Shown here: positions 19,520 to 28,435 of the stretch, one piece after another
Position numbering within the stretch: the first letter of the stretch is position 1
Layout of the letters: each line of letters starts with the position of its first letter
Position numbers and translations under genes: made by a program
Assembly: GCA_002794035.1 (NCBI GenBank)
Contig: PCXQ01000007.1
Span: 1,785 to 65,784 of the forward strand
Source: Candidatus Yanofskybacteria bacterium CG10_big_fil_rev_8_21_14_0_10_36_16
Lineage (GTDB): Bacteria > Patescibacteriota > Minisyncoccia > 2-02-FULL-40-12 > IGHO2-01-FULL-4-A
Direction of reading: 5' to 3'
Length of the DNA: 64,000 nt
The notes under the pieces: generated by a model
The model's database searches: none
What the model was told of the DNA's origin: nothing
The model's input: the letters and a program-made list of their open reading frames with translations, nothing else

Positions 19520-20363
19520 TTTTGATGAAAGACTGAAATGCCTTAGTAAATTAGGCATAGATATTAGGGTTTTAAACTTAACTTCTGAGATAAAAGATGG
19601 AAATCTATTTTTTGCTGAAGTATTGTCTCCCAAAAATAATTCAGGTCTTCTGATTATGGCTGAACCCAACGAAGAAGTTAAATTTGGAGTTGTTGTGGAC
19701 TTGGAAAAAAATTCTGAATTAATTGTGTTTGAAGTTTCGGGGAAAAACAGAAACATCACTCTGCTTGGAAACAAGTCCCCCTCAAACTCAGCCACGAAAA
19801 CATTTATCAAGAGGGTGCGTACCCACCCTGATAAAACAGGGTGCTACACAACTAAAAATAATGCCTTCCAAAACAACGGGCTTTGGGTAGCCAAAATTGG
19901 TCCTAAAAGTCTTGAAATGTGGGAAATCGCTATAGTAACCCAAATACAGGGATTGTCGAAATATTACCTATCCCTGCAAAAAGTGTACTGTGCCGATTTA
20001 TATGAAAATAATGGAGAGATATTCGTTCCTGAAGAACAATTTCTAAATTATAACAATTGGCAATCCTTAAATGAGTTAGTTAAGAAATGTGTAAATGTTG
20101 AAAAACTAACCTCAGCAAAAAATTATTCTCCGCCAAACGATACCGCGCCAGAACTTGAACCAAATAAATGCCAAATTCAATGGTTCAACCAGTCGCGACG
20201 TTATGGACTTGGGAACATCAATGGGCACCGAGGCCCAGTCATGATTCACTCTTCTGAAATTTTAGACCAAGAATTCCCGGCCTTAGATCCGGGAACAATC
20301 GTCAGTTTTGACAAAATAAAAAGAACACCTCAGGGATTACAACTCCAAGGTGTAAAGGAATAA
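19512..20363 (+). CDS. hypothetical protein with C-terminal cold-shock (CSD/OB) domain
   Basis: C-terminal QIQWFNQSRRYGLGNINGHRGPVMIHSSEI...GTIVSFD matches the CspA pattern (G.VKWFN..KGFGFI...DVFVHFSAI). Overlaps the Nudix gene by 8 nt, so probably operonic. Confidence 0.55.
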   Translation: MYNFDERLKCLSKLGIDIRVLNLTSEIKDGNLFFAEVLSPKNNSGLLIMAEPNEEVKFGVVVDLEKNSELIVFEVSGKNRNITLLGNKSPSNSATKTFIKRVRTHPDKTGCYTTKNNAFQNNGLWVAKIGPKSLEMWEIAIVTQIQGLSKYYLSLQKVYCADLYENNGEIFVPEEQFLNYNNWQSLNELVKKCVNVEKLTSAKNYSPPNDTAPELEPNKCQIQWFNQSRRYGLGNINGHRGPVMIHSSEILDQEFPALDPGTIVSFDKIKRTPQGLQLQGVKE

Positions 20364-20396
20364 AAAAAATCCCCCCGCCAAAGCGGGGGGTTTTAG
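20364..20396. terminator. bidirectional rho-independent terminator
   Basis: aaaaaaaTCCCCCCGCCaaaGCGGGGGGtttt. Confidence 0.65.
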
Positions 20397-20434
20397 TCCC
20401 CGAAGGGATAAATTCAGTGTTGAGTCAGCAGCGA

Positions 20435-21520
20435 TCAGCTGGCGGCACCCGTCTTGCGGAGCACCTTGCCGCTGGATCCCTGGACCTTTAAGGTCTTGGA
20501 CTTTTTGTTCGGTTTGGGAGCATCGGCTCCCGCACCTTGTTGGCGGCGCCCCTTCAGTTGGGACACCACCGTGACGTCGCCCTCCACCGATTCGTCTTCC
20601 TCGGCCCGTTGAAAGGCCATGGAAATCGCACCGATGGAACCCGGGTGGCAGGATGCCACGCGATCGTCTCCGATCAGCGACCCGTTTTGGACCGCTTCTC
20701 GTGCCGATTCCAGGTCATACCCGGCTTCGGTAAGCTCATTGGCGGTCCGCTCGTGGAGCGACACGCCGTTCCAATTGACCAAGGTCGGCTTGGGCCGGCC
20801 TTGCCAGTTTCGCTGGCGATCCTGACGATCGTTGTTTCCGCCGAAGCCGGTCGGGCGACCGCGATGATCACTGCTGTTCGGATTCCTCTGGCTCTGGGGC
20901 AAGTTTCTTGAGATCTGCTTGCGCAAATCTCCAAGTTTCCACTTGCCGGCGAGCTCTGGCCCTTCCGCCTTCTTGTTCGCATAGGTTCCCCAGCGGATGT
21001 TGAACAGATCACGGCAGCCCTCGCATGCCGTGAACATGAAGAGATCGCTCGGCTTTTCGTTGCCGAACGCCTCTTGGGTCAGGGTTTCCGCCCTGTCCAT
21101 GATCTCGTCCTTCCCGTCGACGCCTTCGACTAGCTTCTCCAAGGTCTTCGCCTTGAATAAGTAGAAGTTACCGCCGACAACGATGGCCTCGCCGTCATCG
21201 CTCTCTCGAGTGATTACACGCGGCTGGAACATTTGGTCGCAGACGGTGCAAGACCGTTGCGGACCGTCAGGCTCGTAGCCGGTGAACAGGCTCATGCCCT
21301 CCAACAGAACCCCCTCGAGGTCGGCCCGGGTCCACAGCCGATTCTCCTTCTGGAGATCGGCGTTGTGGCCACGCATCCGGCCGGGGTCGAACGGCTTACG
21401 CCGAACGTTCATCTTGAGAAGGTTGAATGCCTCCTCTGTGCAGGAGAGATTTACTTCGATCTTATCCCCCTGCTCGGTATAGGCGCGGAACTGAAAGTCC
21501 CGCCGTTCTTCTTGTGCCAT
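20435..21520 (-). CDS. hypothetical protein A encoded in a high-GC (about 60%) islet; two CxxC pairs, basic C-terminal tail
   Basis: Long ORF on the minus strand in a sharply GC-rich segment (about 20395-21620). Several shorter overlapping ORFs in other frames occur in the same segment. CTVC and CEGC motifs and a KPNKKSKTLK tail. No recognisable family. Confidence 0.5.
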   Translation of the reverse strand: MAQEERRDFQFRAYTEQGDKIEVNLSCTEEAFNLLKMNVRRKPFDPGRMRGHNADLQKENRLWTRADLEGVLLEGMSLFTGYEPDGPQRSCTVCDQMFQPRVITRESDDGEAIVVGGNFYLFKAKTLEKLVEGVDGKDEIMDRAETLTQEAFGNEKPSDLFMFTACEGCRDLFNIRWGTYANKKAEGPELAGKWKLGDLRKQISRNLPQSQRNPNSSDHRGRPTGFGGNNDRQDRQRNWQGRPKPTLVNWNGVSLHERTANELTEAGYDLESAREAVQNGSLIGDDRVASCHPGSIGAISMAFQRAEEDESVEGDVTVVSQLKGRRQQGAGADAPKPNKKSKTLKVQGSSGKVLRKTGAAS

Positions 21521-21871
21521 CGTGGCACCTCCTTTAAAGTAACGGGTTGAACCGCCAAAATACCCCTGAACTCAACAGAGGAACTGGCGTTTTGAACACG
21601 ATTAATGATTGATTCAACAATCAGAAACGTAGCCAAAATACCAGCTCCTCTAAAACATATTTAATATTTTAAAAGTCCTGTATCTTTCCTATCTTTATCA
21701 GTATATAATCATTATAACAAATTGACATGTTTTGTCAACCCCGCTCTTGAAATAATTCGGAGTTTTGAGCTAGACCCTTAAAAACCCTTATAAATAGCCG
21801 TTATGTGGGCCTTAAATAATAAAAAGGCCCGCCTGCTTAATTTAATAACACAGGCGGGTTATTAGCCATTC

Positions 21872-23254
21872 CTAGAAACTAATTATATTACCATTTGAAG
21901 GCTTTATAATGCTCCCCAAAAAACCATTTGATAAAATAAGTTTTTCAAGGCCTTCTCGGCCATTTTTTTCTCCATGATTTAATATCACTCGTTTGGGGTT
22001 CAGGTTTTTAACAAAACCAGAGAGCTGGAGACCGTCTGCGTGACTGGTAAGTTCAAATTTCTCAACACGGGCTGAGAGATTGATTTCGTCACCATACACA
22101 TTAACAATTCCTCCGTTTTGACTGGCATGAAAGATTTCATAACCCTCAGTTAGAGGTGCCTGGTATCCGGTAATTCCGAGCATGTTTCTAGTTCTTTCAA
22201 GGAAACGGCCGGATGTTAAGTGGGCTTGAGCGCAACTTCCTCTAACCATCATGCCTGCAGTTGTAACCACTGCAAGAGGATTAGGATTTCCTGAAGATAA
22301 AATCTCCATTCTTTGAGCTCTGTTATAAATTTTAAGCAAATCAATTTCTCCCGAGTTCAAATCAATCCCAGAAGAATGATCTAAATTAGACCAATACCCA
22401 AACTTACTGGCATATACATCGAACATGGTCACACACATGCCATCAATAAAAGGCTTTAATCCTCTACTTAACAAAGCCAGAAAAACATCCGGGCCTCGTC
22501 CGACACCAAAAGCTGGGAATACGGCTTTGCCGTTTCCATTCATAACATCCGATGCAATACGTGCCAATCTGTCTTCTTCAGGATAGCGCTCTACAATGGA
22601 GCGATCTCCATAAGTTGACTCAATAAATAGGTGATCAACCCTGCCGACAAATTCTTCAGGCATTTCCATGCCCCTAACTGTCGGGGTGTCATAAAAAGAC
22701 ATATCTCCTGAAAAACAGGTTATTGTTTCTCCAACTTTAAGGAATATCATCGCTGAACCGCGAATGTGACCGTTTGGCCAATAAAAAGCATCCACACCTG
22801 GAAACAAATTAATCCATCCCGGTTTTTCAATCTTTGTTATTTTCTCACATGCCTTTGCTGCAGCATCTGAAAAAATCAGGGATTCTCTAACACCTTCATT
22901 TTGTTCTTTGATGTATGAGGTGTTAAGCCATAACTGCATCGCAATAGCCGAAGTTGGAACCGTCATATAAATTGACGCTTCGGGATTTTCTTTTAAAACA
23001 TAGGGAATGTTGCCAGTATGGTCAGAGTGAGCATGAGTAATTAATACAGCATGCACAATATAATCTGGCATAATATGGCCCTCTGAATAACTAAACCTCT
23101 CGCCATAATCATCTAAACCGGTTCTTGTCTTAACTCCGGAATCAATTAAAATGTTTCTATTGTTTCCAAGGTCATCCTTTACTCTAACAAGAGTGGCTGA
23201 TGCACCTACTTCATCAAATCCTCCAAGACATTCAAAAGCCTTAATTTCGGCCAT
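21872..23254 (-). CDS. beta-CASP family MBL-fold ribonuclease/hydrolase
   Basis: LITHAHSDHTG (MBL motif 2), ESTYG, LTSHAD and LNHGE motifs in beta-CASP order. AT-rich codon usage like the rest of the window. Confidence 0.7.
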   Translation of the reverse strand: MAEIKAFECLGGFDEVGASATLVRVKDDLGNNRNILIDSGVKTRTGLDDYGERFSYSEGHIMPDYIVHAVLITHAHSDHTGNIPYVLKENPEASIYMTVPTSAIAMQLWLNTSYIKEQNEGVRESLIFSDAAAKACEKITKIEKPGWINLFPGVDAFYWPNGHIRGSAMIFLKVGETITCFSGDMSFYDTPTVRGMEMPEEFVGRVDHLFIESTYGDRSIVERYPEEDRLARIASDVMNGNGKAVFPAFGVGRGPDVFLALLSRGLKPFIDGMCVTMFDVYASKFGYWSNLDHSSGIDLNSGEIDLLKIYNRAQRMEILSSGNPNPLAVVTTAGMMVRGSCAQAHLTSGRFLERTRNMLGITGYQAPLTEGYEIFHASQNGGIVNVYGDEINLSARVEKFELTSHADGLQLSGFVKNLNPKRVILNHGEKNGREGLEKLILSNGFLGSIIKPSNGNIISF

Positions 23255-23342
23255 TTCATTTTCTCCTTGTTCTCAAAAAATATTGTAAAACTACTAAATT
23301 ATAATATTACCACTTAAAAAACAAAAAGTCAATATAAATTAA

Positions 23343-23377
23343 AGGCCCGCAAGGTAGTGTTTCCACCTTGCGGGCGC
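23343..23377 (-). terminator. rho-independent terminator downstream of GC-rich ORF B
   Basis: CCCGCAAGGtagtgtttccaCCTTGCGGG hairpin just 3' of the minus-strand stop. Confidence 0.55.
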
Positions 23378-23380
23378 ATG

Positions 23381-24340
23381 TTAGCCGGCCATTAGAACCG
23401 GCTCATCATCGGGGGATTCTTCGTCATCCCCCTCTTCGGGAGCTCCCGGGGTCGGGATCAGATTTTGGTCCGACGCCGGCCGCCAGTCTACTGAGGTCGA
23501 AGATTTCTCAACCCCGTTTAAGATCACGTAGTTTGCGAACGTAGCCGGGACTTCCAACCCGTTCGCATAAACCCAGTCGATGGCCTTGTAGATGTCCGTG
23601 GCCTCGTCTTCGGAAATCGGCACAAGGAGCCATGGTGGGACCCACATGCCGTGCTGGAACGTGCCCTCATCCGGATTGAACTCGTCGGTCCGGAATTCTT
23701 CTTCCTTGTGGTATCCATCTTGGTCATACCACTCATAGAAGACCGAGTACGCATGGGTGAACTGGACATACGTCCACGCCCGCTCCTCAGCATACCTCCA
23801 GTAGGGCTGAGGCTGGACCAACTTACAACACCGTCCGTCGGGGTAGAACTCCCGCGCCGCCTCGAAAGGCAACACGACCTTCAGCCAGACTTCCTGTTCA
23901 AGCTCGGGTTCCGAGTCAGGCTGACCCGGAATGGCTCTCCGTTCCACAGGAAGTTCCTCGAGGAAAGGCAATTGACTTAGCCACTCCTCGGGGGTGAGGG
24001 TCAGGTGGAATCCGTTTTGATGACCGTTCCGAGAACTCGGATCGGACATCTTGAACTTCCTCCACTGAATCGATCGCGCGGTCACGGTGATCAGGTCCGG
24101 GACTTCGCCCGGATCGAACACCAAGCCCTGCTTCGATTCTCCTTCGCCAACGAATACCGTAACGGATCCGTCGGCATGGCGCTTTTCCACCACGTCCCCA
24201 TCAGGGGTCATGATGGTCCGGCACTCTCGTTCCTCTCCTCCCTGAGTCGTCCAACGACGGACGACTTCCTTGAAAGCGGGTTTTGTTTCAGAGGCCGCTT
24301 TACCCTCTGTTTCCTTGGTCATTCTTTTCTCCTTCACCAA
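23381..24340 (-). CDS. hypothetical protein B encoded in a second high-GC (about 58-60%) islet; acidic C-terminus
   Basis: Long ORF on the minus strand. The GC-rich segment (about 23345-24360) is bounded by AT-rich intergenic DNA. No recognisable motifs. Confidence 0.5.
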   Translation of the reverse strand: MVKEKRMTKETEGKAASETKPAFKEVVRRWTTQGGEERECRTIMTPDGDVVEKRHADGSVTVFVGEGESKQGLVFDPGEVPDLITVTARSIQWRKFKMSDPSSRNGHQNGFHLTLTPEEWLSQLPFLEELPVERRAIPGQPDSEPELEQEVWLKVVLPFEAAREFYPDGRCCKLVQPQPYWRYAEERAWTYVQFTHAYSVFYEWYDQDGYHKEEEFRTDEFNPDEGTFQHGMWVPPWLLVPISEDEATDIYKAIDWVYANGLEVPATFANYVILNGVEKSSTSVDWRPASDQNLIPTPGAPEEGDDEESPDDEPVLMAG

Positions 24341-24486
24341 GTTATCCCTTAATAAAGGGGTTGGTGTACTGATAATATATTAACAAATTTAGACGCAAAA
24401 GTCAAATCTGATTTTTTGATATTTTTAACAAAAATAACTCCAAATAAATTCTTGAGTTCTTCACTTTTTTGTGTTATTTTAGCTAG

Positions 24487-26304
24487 ATGAAATCAATATT
24501 TAAGTATCTAACAATTGTATTTATTGTTTTGCTTGTTCTATCCGGTTTTGCGGCTATTTTGCAGTCGCCATTATCTACTGAGAACAAAGATGTCTCGTTA
24601 ACCGGCCTTGCGGGTAAAATTAACAATGGAGAGGTAAAAGAAATAATAGTTAAGGGTGACAATTTAGAAATAACCTTAAATGACGCTACTGAACTTAAAT
24701 CTAAAAAAGAAATCGGGGTTTCAATCACCGAGTCGCTTCTTAATGTTGGGGTAACTGAAGAGGGATTAAATGCCGTTAATATTGATATCCAAAATGAAAG
24801 CGGTTTCGCATTTTACGCCATTAATATTTTGCCAATACTACTTCCTTTCATATTTATCGTATTTATATTCTGGTTCATGTTCCGTCAAGCTCAACGCGGT
24901 TCCATGCAAGCATTTTCTTTCGGTAAATCAAAGGCTCGTCTAGCAACTGAAGGGGGTAAAAAAAGAGTTACCTTTAAAGATGTAGCTGGACTAATAGAAG
25001 CCAAAGAGGAAGTTACAGAGGTTGTAGAATTTCTAAGAGATCCCGACAAATTTAAAAAACTTGGCGCCCGCATTCCAAGAGGCGTTCTTCTTGTCGGTTC
25101 TCCCGGTACAGGAAAAACACTCCTTGCTAAAGCTGTCGCCAATGAAGCAAAGGTTCCTTTCTTTTATGTTTCTGGCTCAGAATTTGTAGAAATGTTTGTC
25201 GGTGTTGGCGCTTCACGTGTAAAAGATACTTTTGAAACAGCTAAAAAAGCATCCCCTTCTATTATTTTTGTAGATGAAATAGATGCAGTTGGACGACAAA
25301 GAGGCGCAGGCCTTGGCGGAGGACATGATGAGCGAGAGCAAACACTTAACCAAATATTAGTTGAAATGGACGGTTTTGATACTGACGATGCTGTTATTGT
25401 AGTTGCAGCTACCAATAGACCCGACACTCTTGACCCCGCTTTGCTTCGTCCGGGCAGATTTGATCGCAGGATAATACTTGACGAACCTTCAATGAAAGAC
25501 CGCGAAGAAATACTAAAATTACACGCAACAGACAAGCCCTTAGCTGAAGATGCCGACCTAAAGGTTGTAGCCGAAAGAACTCCCGGATTCTCAGGGGCAG
25601 ACTTAGCAAACATATTGAATGAAGCAGCTATTCTTGCCGCCCGTAAAAATCAAAAAGAAATAACTAACGAAAATCTTGTTGAAGCTATAGAAAAAGTGAT
25701 ACTTGGTCCTGAAAGAAAATCAAAAGTCTTCAGTCCTAAAGAAAAAAAGATTGCTGCCTTCCACGAAGCAGGCCATGCCCTTGTTGCTAGTTCCCTGCCC
25801 AACACTGATCCCGTACATAAAGTTTCTATAATTTCACGCGGACGAGCTGGTGGTTATACATTAAAACTTCCAAGCGAAGATAGGCATCTTAAATCCCGAG
25901 CTGAATTTGAATCAGAATTAGCAGTACTTTTAGGTGGCCAAACAGCTGAAGAAATCGTATTTAATGAAATAACGACTGGTGCATCAAACGATCTTAAAGT
26001 TGCATCAGATATTGCCAGAAAAATGGTCACTCAATATGGAATGTCCGAAAAATTAGGGCCAATTACATTTGGCGAAAAAGATGAACTTGTATTTTTAGGC
26101 AAAGAAATTACGGCTGACAAAAATTATTCTAATGAAATTGCTTACCAAATTGACCAGGAAGTAAACCGTCTTATTACTACCGCCAAAGAAACTGCCAAAA
26201 AAACAATAAAGAACAAGATAGAAACCCTTAATAAGATAGCCGAAGTGTTAATTGAAAAAGAGACTCTTGAACGAAATGAGTTCTATGCTTTGGTCAAAGC
26301 ATAA
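24487..26304 (+). CDS. ftsH: ATP-dependent zinc metalloprotease FtsH
   Basis: N-terminal TM helices, AAA Walker [12 protein letters not shown] region and HEAGHA zinc-binding motif. Confidence 0.95.
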   Translation: MKSIFKYLTIVFIVLLVLSGFAAILQSPLSTENKDVSLTGLAGKINNGEVKEIIVKGDNLEITLNDATELKSKKEIGVSITESLLNVGVTEEGLNAVNIDIQNESGFAFYAINILPILLPFIFIVFIFWFMFRQAQRGSMQAFSFGKSKARLATEGGKKRVTFKDVAGLIEAKEEVTEVVEFLRDPDKFKKLGARIPRGVLLVGSPGTGKTLLAKAVANEAKVPFFYVSGSEFVEMFVGVGASRVKDTFETAKKASPSIIFVDEIDAVGRQRGAGLGGGHDEREQTLNQILVEMDGFDTDDAVIVVAATNRPDTLDPALLRPGRFDRRIILDEPSMKDREEILKLHATDKPLAEDADLKVVAERTPGFSGADLANILNEAAILAARKNQKEITNENLVEAIEKVILGPERKSKVFSPKEKKIAAFHEAGHALVASSLPNTDPVHKVSIISRGRAGGYTLKLPSEDRHLKSRAEFESELAVLLGGQTAEEIVFNEITTGASNDLKVASDIARKMVTQYGMSEKLGPITFGEKDELVFLGKEITADKNYSNEIAYQIDQEVNRLITTAKETAKKTIKNKIETLNKIAEVLIEKETLERNEFYALVKA

Positions 26305-26332
26305 CAAAATTGTTAAAAATATTGTTAAAAGT

Positions 26333-26360
26333 AAAACCCCGCCATGGCGGGGTTTTACTT
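26333..26360. terminator. rho-independent terminator
   Basis: aaaaCCCCGCCatGGCGGGGtttt. Confidence 0.65.
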
Positions 26361-26366
26361 TTATAT

Positions 26367-26441
26367 GTGGGCGCACTAGGACTCGAACCTAGGACCTTCT
26401 GTGTGTAAAACAGACGCTCTAACCAACTGAGCTATGCGCCC
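26367..26441 (-). tRNA. tRNA-Val (anticodon UAC)
   Basis: Reverse complement folds as GGGCGCA/TGCGCCC acceptor stem, D-arm GCTCAGTTGGTTAGAGC, anticodon loop UUUACAC and T-loop GGTTCGAGTCC. Confidence 0.85.
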
Positions 26442-26477
26442 CTTAAACGTTTTTATAACCAACAAAACCAAGCCTTG

Positions 26478-26551
26478 TGGGCATGGGTGGACTCGAACCA
26501 CCGACCCCGGCTTTATAAGAGCCGTGCTCTAACCAGCTGAGCTACATGCCC
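26478..26551 (-). tRNA. tRNA-Ile (anticodon UAU)
   Basis: Reverse complement folds as GGGCATG/CATGCCC acceptor stem, anticodon stem CGGCT/AGCCG with loop CUUAUAA (U33-UAU-A37), and T-loop GGTTCGAGTCC. Confidence 0.7.
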
Positions 26552-26669
26552 CTCGTTTAGTACATATTCTATTATTTTAAAACAAAATAGTCAATTTTTT
26601 GTCTTTTAATTTTAAAAATTCGAACCTATGTGTTACTATTGTAGTAGAAATAACTCATTCTTATTTATA

Positions 26670-27356
26670 ATGCACAAGAAAGATAAAGAAAAAACAAGAG
26701 CCAGACAACTAAGAAGCCGCGGGGGTTCTATCAAAGAGATTGCTAGAAAATTAAGTGTTTCTCAAAGCAGTGTGAGTACATGGGTCAGAGATATAAACTT
26801 AACCCAAAACCAAATAAATTTTTTAAAACACAAAGGACATTTAAAAGAAGTTATTAAAAAAAGAATTCAGACAAGATTAAAAAATGAAAAAAATAAAAGA
26901 AGAAACATAATCAATAATCACAAAACCCTATTCCCCAATTACAAAACAACTAACGATAACCTCTTAATAATAGGAACTGTACTTTATTGGGCAGAAGGAA
27001 CTAAAAGCGACAAAAGTCGTATGTTTAAATTTTCCAACAGCGATCCCCACATGATAAAGATCATGATAAATTTCTTAAAAAAAATATGTAGAATTCCCAA
27101 AAATAGACTCAGAGGACATATTCATTTACACCCTCATTTGAATAATAAGGTTGCAGAAAAATATTGGTCAAAGGTATCTAAAATACCCTTAGATCAATTT
27201 TACAAAACCAGTCAATCTTTAAACAAGCGCAGCAAAAACATCAAAGATAAATTACCATATGGAACATTTAATATTGAAATTTGCTCTGTTGATTTATATC
27301 TTAAAATGTTAGCTTGGATAGAAGCACTGAAAGAAAAGACACTGCAAGAAACTTAA
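26670..27356 (+). CDS. HTH-domain protein, tRNA-adjacent paralog 1 (possible LAGLIDADG-like or homing-endonuclease-like C-terminal domain)
   Basis: N-terminal HTH (SIKEIARKLSVSQSSVSTWVRD). C-terminal domain shares LYWxEGxKS, FxNSDPxM, FLKKI..PK and WIE blocks with the ORF at 35525-36193. Start set at MHKKDKEK by alignment to the paralog. Confidence 0.5.
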   Translation: MHKKDKEKTRARQLRSRGGSIKEIARKLSVSQSSVSTWVRDINLTQNQINFLKHKGHLKEVIKKRIQTRLKNEKNKRRNIINNHKTLFPNYKTTNDNLLIIGTVLYWAEGTKSDKSRMFKFSNSDPHMIKIMINFLKKICRIPKNRLRGHIHLHPHLNNKVAEKYWSKVSKIPLDQFYKTSQSLNKRSKNIKDKLPYGTFNIEICSVDLYLKMLAWIEALKEKTLQET

Positions 27357-27422
27357 CATTTACTTGACTTTTTTAAAATATCATTATAATATAGGAACAG
27401 CTCCAAAGGAGGTGCAGAAAAA

Positions 27423-28361
27423 ATGTCTCACACGCACTTTCAAAATCATAAAAGTACCTTACAATTGCAAATTGAAGCTATATGGGAATTGCTTAATAAT
27501 GACGCTAATGCAAGATCTAACCCAGTACAAGCATCCCGAACCTGTCTTGCTAATCAATTTGGACTAGCACCACAATCGGCATACCAAAAGTCCCTAAAAA
27601 TTATTAAACTTTTGGATGAAAAAGGTAAAATTGAAATTTGTTATAGAAGAGGCAAGGGCCGACCGATTGATTCAGTCGAAATTAAATACAAAGGTGTTTT
27701 AAATTCTGCTGAGTTAATTAACTCCGTTACTATCCCGAATAGTAAAGAGAAAAGGATAACCCAAGCAGTGCAAGATGAGATTTCAGAAATCAAACGCCAA
27801 CTTTCTGTATTAACCTCACAAACTCCTCATAACAGTGCACCCCCTGCTCTACCAGTACAAGAAAAGCCAACTGTTAGAAATGTAGCTGTGTGGATAGACA
27901 CGCCCAACATATCAAAAACGTGCCGTAGCTGTAATATCGAACCTCCATATAGAAAAATAATTGATACCATCAGAGAAAATCTTGGTGATATAGTAATCGT
28001 GGGTGCGTTTTGTAACCAAAATGCTCCAGAAGGTCTGTTAAAAATGTTCAAAACTTTCGACTTTGTCATAATTAATTGCGTAAGCCCGAAATCCGAATTT
28101 ATACAAGGATATGATCCTGTTGATCAAGAAATGGACAGGGTCGCCAGAATGCTGGCAGATGTTGCAAGTTCGCATGTGATTATATCCGGGGATAGAGATT
28201 TTAATCCATTGGCTTCATTTTTGAGAACCAAAGGTAAAACTGTCGGAAGAATGTATGTTGATCAAGAATCTCAAGTTATGAAATTGAGGATCAACGGCAC
28301 AATAATCACAATAGGATGCAAATTTAAGCCTGCCCCTGCCGGGCACGCTATTGCCTATTAA
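27423..28361 (+). CDS. NYN/LabA-like (PIN-fold) nuclease-domain protein
   Basis: C-terminal VAVWIDTPNI...IVIVGAF...DFVIINCV...VIISGDRDFNPLASFLRTKGKTV matches the NYN/LabA signature (..IDG.N...SGDSDF.PL...LR..G..V). Confidence 0.6.
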   Translation: MSHTHFQNHKSTLQLQIEAIWELLNNDANARSNPVQASRTCLANQFGLAPQSAYQKSLKIIKLLDEKGKIEICYRRGKGRPIDSVEIKYKGVLNSAELINSVTIPNSKEKRITQAVQDEISEIKRQLSVLTSQTPHNSAPPALPVQEKPTVRNVAVWIDTPNISKTCRSCNIEPPYRKIIDTIRENLGDIVIVGAFCNQNAPEGLLKMFKTFDFVIINCVSPKSEFIQGYDPVDQEMDRVARMLADVASSHVIISGDRDFNPLASFLRTKGKTVGRMYVDQESQVMKLRINGTIITIGCKFKPAPAGHAIAY

Positions 28362-28387
28362 AACATAGGCGCATTACCTCAATTATC

Positions 28388-28420
28388 CCGGCCCGCCTTC
28401 TTGGCGGGCCAAACTTTTTT
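28388..28420 (+). terminator. rho-independent terminator
   Basis: GGCCCGCCttcttGGCGGGCC followed by a T-run. Confidence 0.6.
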
Positions 28421-28435
28421 TATAATAATTAAAAC

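Noticed and set aside
20537-21636. Cluster of 60-125 aa ORFs on both strands (20537-20911 +, 20619-20825 +, 20674-21012 -, 21233-21550 +, 21282-21482 +, 21451-21636 -) overlapping GC-rich ORF A
   Set aside because: High GC suppresses stop codons, so long spurious ORFs are expected in every frame. They are nested within the one long frame (20435-21520) and have no start context, so they are treated as artefacts. The same applies to 23524-24352 over ORF B.
27364-27567. 67-aa ORF overlapping the start of the NYN-domain gene
   Set aside because: Out-of-frame overlap with the better-supported 312-aa ORF; AT-rich and lacks an RBS.
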